DNA of 64,000 bases from an uncultured Actinomycetota bacterium (GTDB lineage Bacteria > Actinomycetota > Acidimicrobiia > Spongiisociales > UBA5794): assembly GCA_963715255.1 (NCBI GenBank), contig CAVQRN010000002.1, forward strand, positions 49,185 through 113,184, read 5' to 3'. Made by a program: the position numbers and the translations under genes. Below are positions 38,583 to 47,994 of the stretch, piece after piece. Position 1 is the first letter of the stretch. Every line of letters starts with the position of its first letter. The notes below the pieces were generated by a model. It was not told the origin of the DNA. It ran no database searches and saw nothing but the letters and a program-made list of their open reading frames with translations.

Positions 38583-40705
38583 CCGTCGACCTCGGATGAC
38601 CGAAGCCTGTGCCGCCGGTATGCATATACCGCCAGCCCGGTGATTGCGATCAACGTGAGAGCCATACCCAGATTCTCGGCAGACGTGTTCCTGAACTCAA
38701 GGACGACGTGTTCGCTCGTCGGGACGACGATCATCAGCGACGGAGCGGCGCGGTACGGTCCATCGGCACCTTCCGCGATCCAATTCGGGAAGTAGGACTC
38801 CTTCACGAGGTGCGGCACACCAACAGCCGTCGTCGTGAACGTGATTCGGTGGTCGTCATGCACAACGTCAGTCACGACGCCCGTTTCGGCGTACGGCGTC
38901 ACGGTGGTCAGGCGATCATCGACGGCTTCGATCCGCGGCCACTCCTCCGGTCCGGTCTCGACGAGCCAGTTGTCCAGGTGATCGACGTCGTCGTACCACT
39001 CGAGTGACGGATCGCGAAAGTCACCGCCGCCGTCCCACACCGCCGGGCGTACCGATGCAATGTCGACGAAGTCGGAATCGGGGAGTGCGAAGACCGTCCA
39101 GGGTGGGGAAACGCCGACCTCGATGAGACCGGCGAGCCGAGCTTCCGATGCACCCTTCTCCGTGAAACTCACGTAGTAGGCGACGTCGTACACGGCAAGG
39201 TGTGTGATCCCTCGTTCCAGGTTCAGTCCGCGGTAGTCGAGTCCGCGCACAGGATTCGAAGGTCGTTCGCTGACCTCGGACGCGTTCAGAAAGTGGAACG
39301 GGGTCGTGAGCGAGGATTCGAAGAACAACCCCTCCATCGAAGGGTGGCCCTCGCTCCAGTACGGGAACAGCATCAGTGCCATCGGGGTCCCATACTTGTT
39401 CATATCGGAGTTCGCTTCCCACATGATGCGACCGGGCGGCAGCGTATCGACCGTTTCCATCAGGGCCTGGTACTCGTGGTAGTCGGTTTTCCCCTCGTAT
39501 CCCTCGAAGTTCCACTTGACCCAGCCGGGCACGTCGTGAACGGAGAGCATGGTCGCGGCGAGCACGATGAACCCGACACCGATCGATGCTCCGACAAGAA
39601 CGGATCGTCGAAGAGGGACGCGCCGCGAGATCTCGAGAACCGCCAAGCCGAGTGCGATTCCGGCGAACACGTACATGCCGAAGTACCAGTACGGAAGAAG
39701 GCGAGCGTTGTACAAGGCGGTGACACCGATCTTCGGAAGGACGAAATAGCCGGCGAGCGGTAGCAGTGTGAGCCACGCCAGCACCATGACATCGTCACGT
39801 CGCAGCATGGTCCACATCATCCCGACAAGCCCCAGCACGAGCACAGGAATGAACTCCCCCGGCAGGGGGGACCCAGGATTCGTGTCACCGATGACGTTGG
39901 CCACCGGCGCCCATCCCATGTCGGTGGTCATTCCCTGGAACACCCGGATACCGAGCGGCACGGCCCAGAACGCGCTGATCGCGAAACCGACGACCCACGA
40001 CGAGACGACCGTTCTCGGCCCGTTCCTTCTGAAGAGCAGCGACGCTGCGGCAACGACCACGATCATCGTGGTGACGACGTGAGTCATCGCCGTCAGGGCG
40101 AGGATGATCCCGGCCCACGGCGTGAATCGCCTCCCGAGGCGCGTGTCACGAGCGACCATTCCTAGATAGACGATCGAGAGGGCGAAGGACCACGAGAACG
40201 AGAACTCTCCTGCCAGCGTCGATTTGATGTTGGCACCGAAGATCGAGAAGCTCTCCATGAACACGAACATCGATCCCGTCAGCGCGGCGAGCGCCGCGAC
40301 CGGGCGCGAGAAGGCGAGGAGACGCAGAAACGCGTAGGTCGCAACGGGGAGCGCCACAAGTCCGACGATCGTCACAAGCTTGAACGCAACCCCGTATGGG
40401 AGGAATACGTCGAGGAGGACCGTCACGAGCGCAGGGATCGGGAAGTAGAAGTACAGGGCTGGGAATCCCGCGTACCACGAACTTGACCAGCCAAACAGGC
40501 GCCCGGATGGCAGCAGCACGTCCTTCAGGAATTGCGGCAGGAGCACGTGCGCCCCCATGTCGCCACCCGTCGGCGTGTTGGCGACCAGGATTTGTGGGAA
40601 CCGAATCAACGATCCGGACCCGATGACGCCGAGAACCCCCGACATGATGAGCAAGATGAGCAGCGTCGGTGCACCGACGAGCAAGATGATCAACCAGGTC
40701 GGCAC
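38579..40705 (-). CDS. large polytopic membrane protein, putative GT-C type glycosyltransferase
   Basis: 708 aa, about 11 N-terminal TM helices followed by a large extracytoplasmic C-terminal domain. 4-bp overlap with gtrA. Family assignment is by architecture and context only. Confidence 0.5.
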   Translation of the reverse strand: MPTWLIILLVGAPTLLILLIMSGVLGVIGSGSLIRFPQILVANTPTGGDMGAHVLLPQFLKDVLLPSGRLFGWSSSWYAGFPALYFYFPIPALVTVLLDVFLPYGVAFKLVTIVGLVALPVATYAFLRLLAFSRPVAALAALTGSMFVFMESFSIFGANIKSTLAGEFSFSWSFALSIVYLGMVARDTRLGRRFTPWAGIILALTAMTHVVTTMIVVVAAASLLFRRNGPRTVVSSWVVGFAISAFWAVPLGIRVFQGMTTDMGWAPVANVIGDTNPGSPLPGEFIPVLVLGLVGMMWTMLRRDDVMVLAWLTLLPLAGYFVLPKIGVTALYNARLLPYWYFGMYVFAGIALGLAVLEISRRVPLRRSVLVGASIGVGFIVLAATMLSVHDVPGWVKWNFEGYEGKTDYHEYQALMETVDTLPPGRIMWEANSDMNKYGTPMALMLFPYWSEGHPSMEGLFFESSLTTPFHFLNASEVSERPSNPVRGLDYRGLNLERGITHLAVYDVAYYVSFTEKGASEARLAGLIEVGVSPPWTVFALPDSDFVDIASVRPAVWDGGGDFRDPSLEWYDDVDHLDNWLVETGPEEWPRIEAVDDRLTTVTPYAETGVVTDVVHDDHRITFTTTAVGVPHLVKESYFPNWIAEGADGPYRAAPSLMIVVPTSEHVVLEFRNTSAENLGMALTLIAITGLAVYAYRRHRLRSSEVDG

Positions 40706-40825
40706 CGCACCCGTGCTCGCGGCCTGCCGAAGGCTCAGAAGCAGGGTCCATGACGGCGGACGGGGGCGAGGAGGTCACGGCCGAGAGGCTAGCGATAGCG
40801 GCTCGGTAGGGCGGCCAAGCAGAAC

Positions 40826-41026
40826 CTACGCCTCGCGGCGGGTCACGTCGACCAATGCGTCCAGTTCCAGGTGCTCTCCGTCGCGATTCCACCACTTCGA
40901 TTCGCACCGATGACAAGAGCAGAACACTACTTCTGATCCGTCAGGGAGTTTGAGTTCGATCTCGATCACGGTGTCCTGACCGCATGTGCTGCAGCGGAGT
41001 CCGTCGCTGGTAGTAGGCCGTGCCAT
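40826..41026 (-). CDS. hypothetical zinc-ribbon protein (66 aa)
   Basis: CSTC...CSCHRC four-Cys arrangement. Confidence 0.4.
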   Translation of the reverse strand: MARPTTSDGLRCSTCGQDTVIEIELKLPDGSEVVFCSCHRCESKWWNRDGEHLELDALVDVTRREA

Positions 41027-41040
41027 GGGGTGAAGAGTAG

Positions 41041-41090
41041 CGCAGTAGAGCAGTAGCAGGCAACGCAGTACTGATCTACTGATCTACTGC
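41041..41090. repeat. variant repeat array: GCAGTAGA/GCAGTAGC direct copies followed by inverted CTACTGAT x2
   Basis: Related to the GAGTAGCY family. Supplies the TAG stop and last residues (...EAVDQ*) of the 94-aa gene. Confidence 0.6.
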
Positions 41091-41360
41091 TTCCGGCAGA
41101 TCTTCGAGCTTCCCGAGGTAGCGGGATCGTCGCTTCCCATCCTCGGTCCAGTATGCATACCAGTAGGGACCGTGGGGGCACCGGGTGCAGTTGTCTTTCC
41201 CGCATCGGACCATCTGTTTCCGCAGCTTGACCTCGGGCCCCGACCCCGGCAGATCCACACCGCGTCCCTCGAGGCGAGCCTTGGCAAGAATGTAGAGCCG
41301 GCGCAACCCGTGTTCGTCCATTTCTCGCACTGCCTCGAGAACGTCCCTGTCGATCGACAC
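41076..41360 (-). CDS. hypothetical protein (94 aa) with a CxxC...CxH motif
   Basis: Clean ORF. CGKDNCTRCPHGPYWYAYW. Confidence 0.4.
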   Translation of the reverse strand: MSIDRDVLEAVREMDEHGLRRLYILAKARLEGRGVDLPGSGPEVKLRKQMVRCGKDNCTRCPHGPYWYAYWTEDGKRRSRYLGKLEDLPEAVDQ

Positions 41361-41368
41361 CCCGCCCC

Positions 41369-41584
41369 CTACGCCGGACCCGAAGCGAACAACGTCGGCT
41401 GAGACCTACGGTCATGCAGCACCCAACCAACCGGTGGCGTGACGCGATCGGCATGGACCGTGCACAGCGGGTAGCGAGTACCCGGAGCGGGAGAACCTTC
41501 GCTGTCGACGAGCCACGCCTCACGGCGCTCGTACGCATAGGTGAGAGACGAGGTGGAGTTCAATGAGCAACGTACGCAGGTCAT
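41369..41584 (-). CDS. DUF3499-like small protein
   Basis: MTCVRCSLNS...YPLCTVHADRVTPPVGWVLHDRR resembles the actinobacterial DUF3499 family. Confidence 0.45.
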   Translation of the reverse strand: MTCVRCSLNSTSSLTYAYERREAWLVDSEGSPAPGTRYPLCTVHADRVTPPVGWVLHDRRSQPTLFASGPA

Positions 41585-41636
41585 GGCCGCGCGAACATAG
41601 GGGCCGAGGCGAGAGGAACCAAGCATCTCGGGAATC

Positions 41637-42017
41637 TCATCTGATCCCAGCCTTCCGGATCGCCTTGTCCAGGCGGCCACCATCTGGCGTGCCGGTCTCG
41701 AATAGGACGCTCCGCCCTTCGGCGTCGAGGATGACGACCAGCGGCACGGCTTCGATCGCGTATCGATCGAAGAGTTCGGGCTCGAGTTCCCACGTTACCT
41801 CACGAGTCGCGACGCCGGCCCGGCTCACAATCCTCATCGTTTCGGTACAGGTGTCGCAGTCCGTCGAAGTGAAGACGACGACACCAGGCCGGGATCCGAG
41901 GCCTTCGAGATCGACGGGAGGATGCGGCGGCCGCTGCCACCGACCGACAAGTCGGGCGGCGCCCACAACAATGACCACCAGTGCCAGCACGAGAACGAGA
42001 CGGAGCGGAGTGCTCAT
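41637..42017 (-). CDS. membrane-anchored thioredoxin-like protein
   Basis: N-terminal TM helix, CDTC CxxC motif, thioredoxin-fold length. Confidence 0.5.
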   Translation of the reverse strand: MSTPLRLVLVLALVVIVVGAARLVGRWQRPPHPPVDLEGLGSRPGVVVFTSTDCDTCTETMRIVSRAGVATREVTWELEPELFDRYAIEAVPLVVILDAEGRSVLFETGTPDGGRLDKAIRKAGIR

Positions 42018-43477
42018 CCGACGCCGACACCGCCGACGAAAGCCACCCCTTGAGGCCCTGCAATCGACACTGCAACCGAGACCGGCAGACTCGCATTGAC
42101 GAGCATCCCGGAGTTGCCGGACTCGGAGAGCGAAGGGACGGGGATTTCCACATATCCGCCGGGTGGGATCACGATCTTCTCAGATCGAAGTGCGGAGACG
42201 CCGAGCGGACTCACCGTCACCGTCGCAGCTTCGGCGGAGGGATTCAGTATCCAGATCGAGGTCTCTGCTCCCGGCACGACTCCGAGGCCGGGAACGAGCC
42301 ACCGCTCGAGCACATCCGTGTTTCCCGGCATTGCCGCCATACCGTCGTAGGAGATGGGCCCTTCGACTTCCTCGCCCTCCGCTGTATCGGTCGCCGCTTC
42401 GTCGGTCGCCGCTTCATCCGCGGTACCGCCGCCCGGGTCTTCCTCAGGTGGTACGACGCCGGTCCTCGGGAACGTGCCGTCCGGCGCCGCCTGGATGATC
42501 GCGCCGATGGGAGCGTTGGATCGCACCCGCACGGCGAAGGGCGGATCGGCCAGGTCTGACAAGTGAATTCGCACCGGCTCGAGCGGCGAGACGATCATTC
42601 CATCGGCGTCGGGTATCGGGCCCTCCGGCGTGAAGAGATCGATCGCGATCGTTGCCCCAACGGCGCCGCCGTTCGAGATAACCAGCGTTGGCTCCAATCC
42701 CGGGAGGCTCGTCACGGGGAAATCCCAGACGGTCGCCTGCCCCGTGCCCGGCCAGGACGCCTCGTCGGTTCCGTTGTTGAGCACGAGACTCGGAATGACG
42801 ATCCCGCTCTCGGATGTCACGGTGAGCGTGACCATGTCGAGGAATGGGATGACACGGGAGAGGTCTTCGGTCAACCACGAACGTCCGGGGACGTCGATGC
42901 TCTCGAACCCGGCAAGCGGAGATCTACCGAATTCGGTGATCGCTTCGACCGTGACCTTGGCACTCTCCGCGAACGGATTGAACAACTGGAGTTCGAGTTT
43001 GAACCCTTCCGCGGTGATGCCACCGACCAGTTGCCACTCCTTGGGAACCGACGCGACACACCGATCCCCCGTGAGCATATCCTCCGACCACATCACCATC
43101 GTCGTGACTGCCGGTCCGTCATCGAACTCCACGACGCCGGGTGACGTGCCGCGGCGAGCGATATCGCCGACGTCGATGCTTCGGGCCCCTGGACCGCGGA
43201 GGCGGAGCTCACTGATGGCCGGCTCTTCAGTCGGATTCGGATTCGGGAGCGTGATCGTCGCATCAACGTCGATCATCGAAGCCAGATTGAACGCTGAATC
43301 TCGAAGGGCCCCGGAGACCACCCACGGGCAGTACCAGGCGCTTGGATCACCGGTCGCTCCGACCGCTTCCGGTGCCGGTATCCCGAAGTCCGGCGGACGC
43401 ATCTGAACCGGTCCGGTCTGAGCGAGAGCGAGCGCTCCGACAACAGCCACGATGATGACAGCTGCGACCCGTCTCAT
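42014..43477 (-). CDS. DUF5719-like secreted/membrane-anchored protein
   Basis: N-terminal TM/signal (MRRVAAVIIVAVVGALALA), then a beta-rich domain with an acidic low-complexity insert. Translationally coupled to the upstream GT2-membrane gene. Confidence 0.45.
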   Translation of the reverse strand: MRRVAAVIIVAVVGALALAQTGPVQMRPPDFGIPAPEAVGATGDPSAWYCPWVVSGALRDSAFNLASMIDVDATITLPNPNPTEEPAISELRLRGPGARSIDVGDIARRGTSPGVVEFDDGPAVTTMVMWSEDMLTGDRCVASVPKEWQLVGGITAEGFKLELQLFNPFAESAKVTVEAITEFGRSPLAGFESIDVPGRSWLTEDLSRVIPFLDMVTLTVTSESGIVIPSLVLNNGTDEASWPGTGQATVWDFPVTSLPGLEPTLVISNGGAVGATIAIDLFTPEGPIPDADGMIVSPLEPVRIHLSDLADPPFAVRVRSNAPIGAIIQAAPDGTFPRTGVVPPEEDPGGGTADEAATDEAATDTAEGEEVEGPISYDGMAAMPGNTDVLERWLVPGLGVVPGAETSIWILNPSAEAATVTVSPLGVSALRSEKIVIPPGGYVEIPVPSLSESGNSGMLVNASLPVSVAVSIAGPQGVAFVGGVGVG

Positions 43478-46281
43478 CCGAATCTCCTCCCGGTCCACGC
43501 GATTCCGACAAGGGCGGCGAGCCACACCGCGGCTCCGATGGCCTGCAGGCGGCGAGCTTCGATGGGTTCGAAGCCGACCCAACCGGCCGCGGCCGTCAAT
43601 CCGTTGCCCCAACCGATCTGCTCCCATTCACCCGGACCCCAACGATCGTTGGCGTTCTCCCTGACTTCGAGGCCAACCCCAAACTCCGATGTGCCTTCGT
43701 AGCCGGTTCCGGCACGCGTCCACGACGAGCCTTCGGCGCTGATGGAGCGAACGGCGTTCTCAGCCTCGTTCTCGAACGTTGTGTTGGACAGCCCGCCGCC
43801 GAGCGGCACCAGATCGAGTTGGCCGACGAAGATCGTCCTCCACGCATCAGCGAACGGGTCCTTCTCGGTCTCGGCGAGCACAACGACCCACCGAACACCG
43901 AATGGGGCAAGTAACTCACCCCAGCGTTTCGTCTGCCCATCGATGATCGTCTGCAGCGTCTCCGCTGGCGCGCGTCGTCGCCGACCCTGGCCGCGGGCAA
44001 GTATGTCTCCCACGACTCCGGCATCGGCGCAGACACCAGCCGGTATGCCGCGCCGTCGATGATTCGATCGTCGCCGGGGAGGTTTCCCGGCGCACCTAAC
44101 ACAAGGATCCTCGATGCGGTTGGATCGCCCGGTCGCACGGCTGAGAACGTGAACGCCTCCCGGTACTCGTCGCCTGGATATCCGGCGCGGCCGCCCAGGA
44201 TCGTAACGGCGGACGCCGCCACGAGGAAGACTGATGCCCGCGACCGCTATTCCTGCAACGATGCGGCGCCAACCCCCTACTTCACGCACCCGTGTGATCG
44301 CTTCGAATGACGGACCGATGATGAGTCCGACGCCGAGCGACACGGCCGCAAGGCTCACACTCTCGATCTCCCGACCTGATCCGAGTCCCGCGGACCGAGC
44401 GAGGAATGCACCGGAGACGGCCACGATCGCACCCCAACCTGCCACCAGTGCGAGTCGCTGCGGCGCTGCCACGAGTGCGGCAGCAGCGGCGATCCCAGCG
44501 ACGACGGCCGTCACTCCCGGCAGTACCCAGTACGCGTCTCCGTCCGTGACGAAGCGGTGGAGATCGGCAGTGCCGAGCCATGGGAAAAGTAGCGGAACGG
44601 CGAGGACCGCACCGATCAGCGAGACACCGACGGCCCGCCATGCGGCGGCGTCGGTGAGGTTGAGCAGGGCCCATACGAGTAGTACGACAACCGGCACCGC
44701 GAGGGTGAGCGGCGCGAGAGCGGCGGTGACGCCTGCAAGGACCGCGACGGCCGCGATTCGCCCGACTCTCGCGACCCACGAGGCAGGAAACGGCGCGAGA
44801 GCAAAACGCATCGACCAGGGGATGAGCCCGATGGCGATCGCAACTCCGACAGCGGTCTCCTGAGCCACGGCCTGCGCCGCGGGGCCTGAGACGTAGACGA
44901 TCCCGGCGAGGGTCCCTGCCACGGCACCGATGCCCCATGTCCTCAGCAGACGAACCACTCCCCAGATTCCAAGGAGCCATGATCCTGCGGTTAGTGCGTA
45001 CTCGGCAAGATGCCGGCTGTCGAGGAGGATGGTCTGAACCAACCCGGTGAGCGCTATGAATGGACGGAGCGGCTCGACCGATCCGAGCCCCGCCGGGTTC
45101 CAGCCTCCTGCGTATGCGGAGATGGCGCTCGGCCCAGAATCACCGAATGGGAGGCTGTACCCGACCGCAGGCAATCCAAGGGACCAGATGCTCCGGGCGG
45201 CGAGAAGGACGAACACCAATGCGGCTGCTCCCACGATGAACGACGGTCGCCTGAGCTCGTCGCCGACCGTTTCGATCGAGAGCCGGTCCTCGCCCGGGAG
45301 TCTCAGTCGGATCCGATCGGAGAGCTCCGTTACGACCGACTTGAGGGCCACCGAACCGCTGATCTGATACCTGAAGAGCTCGGCGTCGCCGACCACTCGC
45401 CCCTTGCGCGCCGCTCGGCGTCCACGGAGTGTGTCCGGCAGCATGAACAGATTCCACAGCCACGATCTCAGCCAGTGGAAGAATCGCCACCGGCCGAGGA
45501 AGAGAGACAAGAAGGATTGGACGAAACCGGAGAGGAATGCCATCGGCAGCGCCCAGAGCAGCGTCATCGGCCCGTAGACCTTGATCATCGCCCGGATGCG
45601 CCCGGCGCGCTCTCGCCATTGATCGACCTCCCTGCTGTCGTCGTGGGCAAGCACCTCCGACGAAGGGACCACGATGACGCGCGCGCCCCGAAGCCGCGCT
45701 CGCTGGCAGAGGTCGACCGCCGCGGCGTAGGGTGCCATCGCAGCATCCGGACCGCCGAGACCACGAACAAGGTCCATTCGAATGAGTGTTGACTGTCCAG
45801 CGACGGCAGCAACGTCCCGAACGACGTCGTACTGGCCTTGGTCGCGTTCATCCTCGTCGAGACCCGTGTACGGGGTCTCGAACACGTCGGTCGCGAAACC
45901 TGAGGAGAGCAGCCGATCAGGGTCGTTCTCGTCGAGGATCTTCGAGCCGGAAACCGAGGCGTCGAGACGAGTCTGCCCGGCTACCAGCGCTTCGAGGGCG
46001 TCGGGTCGAGGGCGTACACCTCCAAGAACGAACCACAGATAGCTGGCGTCGCCGCAGGCGGCGATGAGGCCACCGCTACCTGCAATCCACTCGACGCCGC
46101 GAGCGGTGGCGAGACGGCGCGTGTCTTTGTCACCACCGACCACGATGACCCGCTGTGTTTCGTACACTTGCTGCTGGATCGATTCGATGGTCGCTGGAAG
46201 ATCGGCGCTGCGTCGAGCAACGATCGCGACCGCGACAGATTCTGGGCTTGCGCCCTCCGGAGATGACATGAACCAGGCCAT
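43474..46281 (-). CDS. GT2 glycosyltransferase fused to a large polytopic membrane domain; a pair of compensating frameshifts near 44222 and 43958
   Basis: N-terminal GT-A domain, then more than 10 TM helices. Between about 44222 and 43958 the protein-like reading is in another frame (AASAVTILGGRAGYPGDEYREAF...AARVGDDARQ), then returns (TLQTIIDGQTKRWGELLAPFG...). Confidence 0.65.
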   Translation of the reverse strand: MAWFMSSPEGASPESVAVAIVARRSADLPATIESIQQQVYETQRVIVVGGDKDTRRLATARGVEWIAGSGGLIAACGDASYLWFVLGGVRPRPDALEALVAGQTRLDASVSGSKILDENDPDRLLSSGFATDVFETPYTGLDEDERDQGQYDVVRDVAAVAGQSTLIRMDLVRGLGGPDAAMAPYAAAVDLCQRARLRGARVIVVPSSEVLAHDDSREVDQWRERAGRIRAMIKVYGPMTLLWALPMAFLSGFVQSFLSLFLGRWRFFHWLRSWLWNLFMLPDTLRGRRAARKGRVVGDAELFRYQISGSVALKSVVTELSDRIRLRLPGEDRLSIETVGDELRRPSFIVGAAALVFVLLAARSIWSLGLPAVGYSLPFGDSGPSAISAYAGGWNPAGLGSVEPLRPFIALTGLVQTILLDSRHLAEYALTAGSWLLGIWGVVRLLRTWGIGAVAGTLAGIVYVSGPAAQAVAQETAVGVAIAIGLIPWSMRFALAPFPASWVARVGRIAAVAVLAGVTAALAPLTLAVPVVVLLVWALLNLTDAAAWRAVGVSLIGAVLAVPLLFPWLGTADLHRFVTDGDAYWVLPGVTAVVAGIAAAAALVAAPQRLALVAGWGAIVAVSGAFLARSAGLGSGREIESVSLAAVSLGVGLIIGPSFEAITRVREVGGWRRIVAGIAVAGISLPRGGVRRYDPGRPRRISRRRVPGGVHVLSRATGRSNRIEDPCVRCAGKPPRRRSNHRRRGIPAGVCADAGVVGDILARGQGRRRRAPAETLQTIIDGQTKRWGELLAPFGVRWVVVLAETEKDPFADAWRTIFVGQLDLVPLGGGLSNTTFENEAENAVRSISAEGSSWTRAGTGYEGTSEFGVGLEVRENANDRWGPGEWEQIGWGNGLTAAAGWVGFEPIEARRLQAIGAAVWLAALVGIAWTGRRFG

Positions 46282-47230
46282 TCAAGGACCGAACTCGGAA
46301 TATTCCAATCCTTTCGCCGTTCTCCTGACCGGCGGCGTCGGTGGAGCGCGCGCTGCACGGTCGCTCAACCGGGTCTTTGCCGGTGGGCGGCTCACGGTGG
46401 TCGGCAACGTAGGCGATGACGAGCTGATCCACGGCGTCCACGTGTCGGCTGATCTCGACACGGTCCTCTACACACTTGCCGGTATCGAGGGCCCTCACGG
46501 TTGGGGTATCGCTGGGGACTCGTTCACCGTGATGGATCACCTGGAGACGCTCGGCGTCGACACAACCTTCCGCCTCGGTGATCGTGATCTGGCGACGTGT
46601 CTGTTCCGAACCGGGTTGCTCGCGTCGGGGAACAGGCTCTCGGACATCACAGAGCAGATCCGGCTGGCGCTCGGTGTCGAGACACGGATCCTGCCCGCCA
46701 CCGATGACCCGGTCCGAACCAGAGTTCGAATCGCCGACGGAAGCTGGCTCCCGTTCCAGGAGTACTTCGTCGCTCGGGGGCACCGTGACCACGTCCTAGA
46801 AGTGGAATACACCGGTGCCGAGCGTGCACTACCCGGCCCGGGGGTTGTCGAGGCCATCGCTGCAGCCGATGTCGTCGTGATCGCCCCATCGAATCCGCCC
46901 CTGTCGATCGGACCGATCATCGCCGTTCCGGAGATTCGCCGGGCCATCGCCGACAAGGAACGGGTCGTCGCCATCAGCCCTCTCTTCGGGGGCAAGGCGC
47001 TCAAGGGCCCGGCGGAGCGGGTGTTGGCGTCTCTCGGATTCCCGCCAGGGAACGCCGGAGTGTTGGCATCCTACGAGGGCCTCATCTCCGACGTCGTGGT
47101 CGACATCGGAGACGCAACTGACGTGCGAAAGCTGTCCACGTCGGTCATGATTCACGCCACCAACACCCGCCTCGGCACCGAGGACGAGGCCCGCCGGTTT
47201 GCCGAATGGTTCCAGGAGGCGTTCGCATGA
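46268..47230 (+). CDS. cofD: 2-phospho-L-lactate transferase (F420 biosynthesis)
   Basis: VLLTGGVGGAR N-terminal motif, CofD/UPF0052 fold. Followed by cofE with a 4-bp overlap. Confidence 0.85.
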   Translation: MNQAIQGPNSEYSNPFAVLLTGGVGGARAARSLNRVFAGGRLTVVGNVGDDELIHGVHVSADLDTVLYTLAGIEGPHGWGIAGDSFTVMDHLETLGVDTTFRLGDRDLATCLFRTGLLASGNRLSDITEQIRLALGVETRILPATDDPVRTRVRIADGSWLPFQEYFVARGHRDHVLEVEYTGAERALPGPGVVEAIAAADVVVIAPSNPPLSIGPIIAVPEIRRAIADKERVVAISPLFGGKALKGPAERVLASLGFPPGNAGVLASYEGLISDVVVDIGDATDVRKLSTSVMIHATNTRLGTEDEARRFAEWFQEAFA

Positions 47231-47922
47231 GCATCGAGATCCACGCGATTCGCGGAATCCCCGAGGTCGCCCCCGGCGACGACCTGGCGACGCTCATCGT
47301 CCATGGACTCGAGTCATCGCAGATCGCGCTGTCTGACCGTGACATCGTCGTCATCACGCACAAGGTGGTGTCGAAAGCCGAAGGCCGGATCGAACCCGCC
47401 CCCGATGACCGCGCCTACCGGGAACTGGCCGAACGCGAGGCCCGATCGATCCTGCGACGACGCGGCGATCTCCTCATCGCACAGACCGAACACGGGTTCA
47501 TCTGCGCGAACGCGGGCGTCGATCGCTCCAACGTGGCAGACGGATGGGCGGTCCTCCTCCCCGTCGATCCGGACCGATCGGCGCATCGGATTCGGCTCCG
47601 TATCGAACGATTGACGGGCGTCTCGATCGCCGTCGTCATCACGGATACGTTCGGTCGCCCGTGGCGACGCGGGCTCGTCGATGTCGCCATCGGCATCTCA
47701 GGACTGCCATCGATCCTCGACCTGCGCGGTCAATCCGATGCACACGGACGCACAATGAGCGTTACGGAGATCGCCATCGTCGATGAGATCGCTGCAGCCG
47801 CCGACCTTGTCATGGGCAAGGCCGACGAGATCCCGGTCGCCGTTGTGCGGGGCCTCGATCTGACCGGGGATGGACGAGCAACCGACCTGGTGAGACCCCC
47901 GGATGAAGACATGTTCCGGTGA
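47227..47922 (+). CDS. cofE: coenzyme F420-0:L-glutamate ligase (CofE domain only)
   Basis: CofE family signature (VVITHKVVSKAEGR...ICANAGVDRSN). No fused nitroreductase domain. Confidence 0.8.
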   Translation: MSIEIHAIRGIPEVAPGDDLATLIVHGLESSQIALSDRDIVVITHKVVSKAEGRIEPAPDDRAYRELAEREARSILRRRGDLLIAQTEHGFICANAGVDRSNVADGWAVLLPVDPDRSAHRIRLRIERLTGVSIAVVITDTFGRPWRRGLVDVAIGISGLPSILDLRGQSDAHGRTMSVTEIAIVDEIAAAADLVMGKADEIPVAVVRGLDLTGDGRATDLVRPPDEDMFR

Positions 47923-47994
47923 GGAGGAAGTTGCAGGCAGCAAGCAGCAAGCAGCGGGACTGAAGCATTCTCTTGTCGTGCCGGTTGCTCCCTG

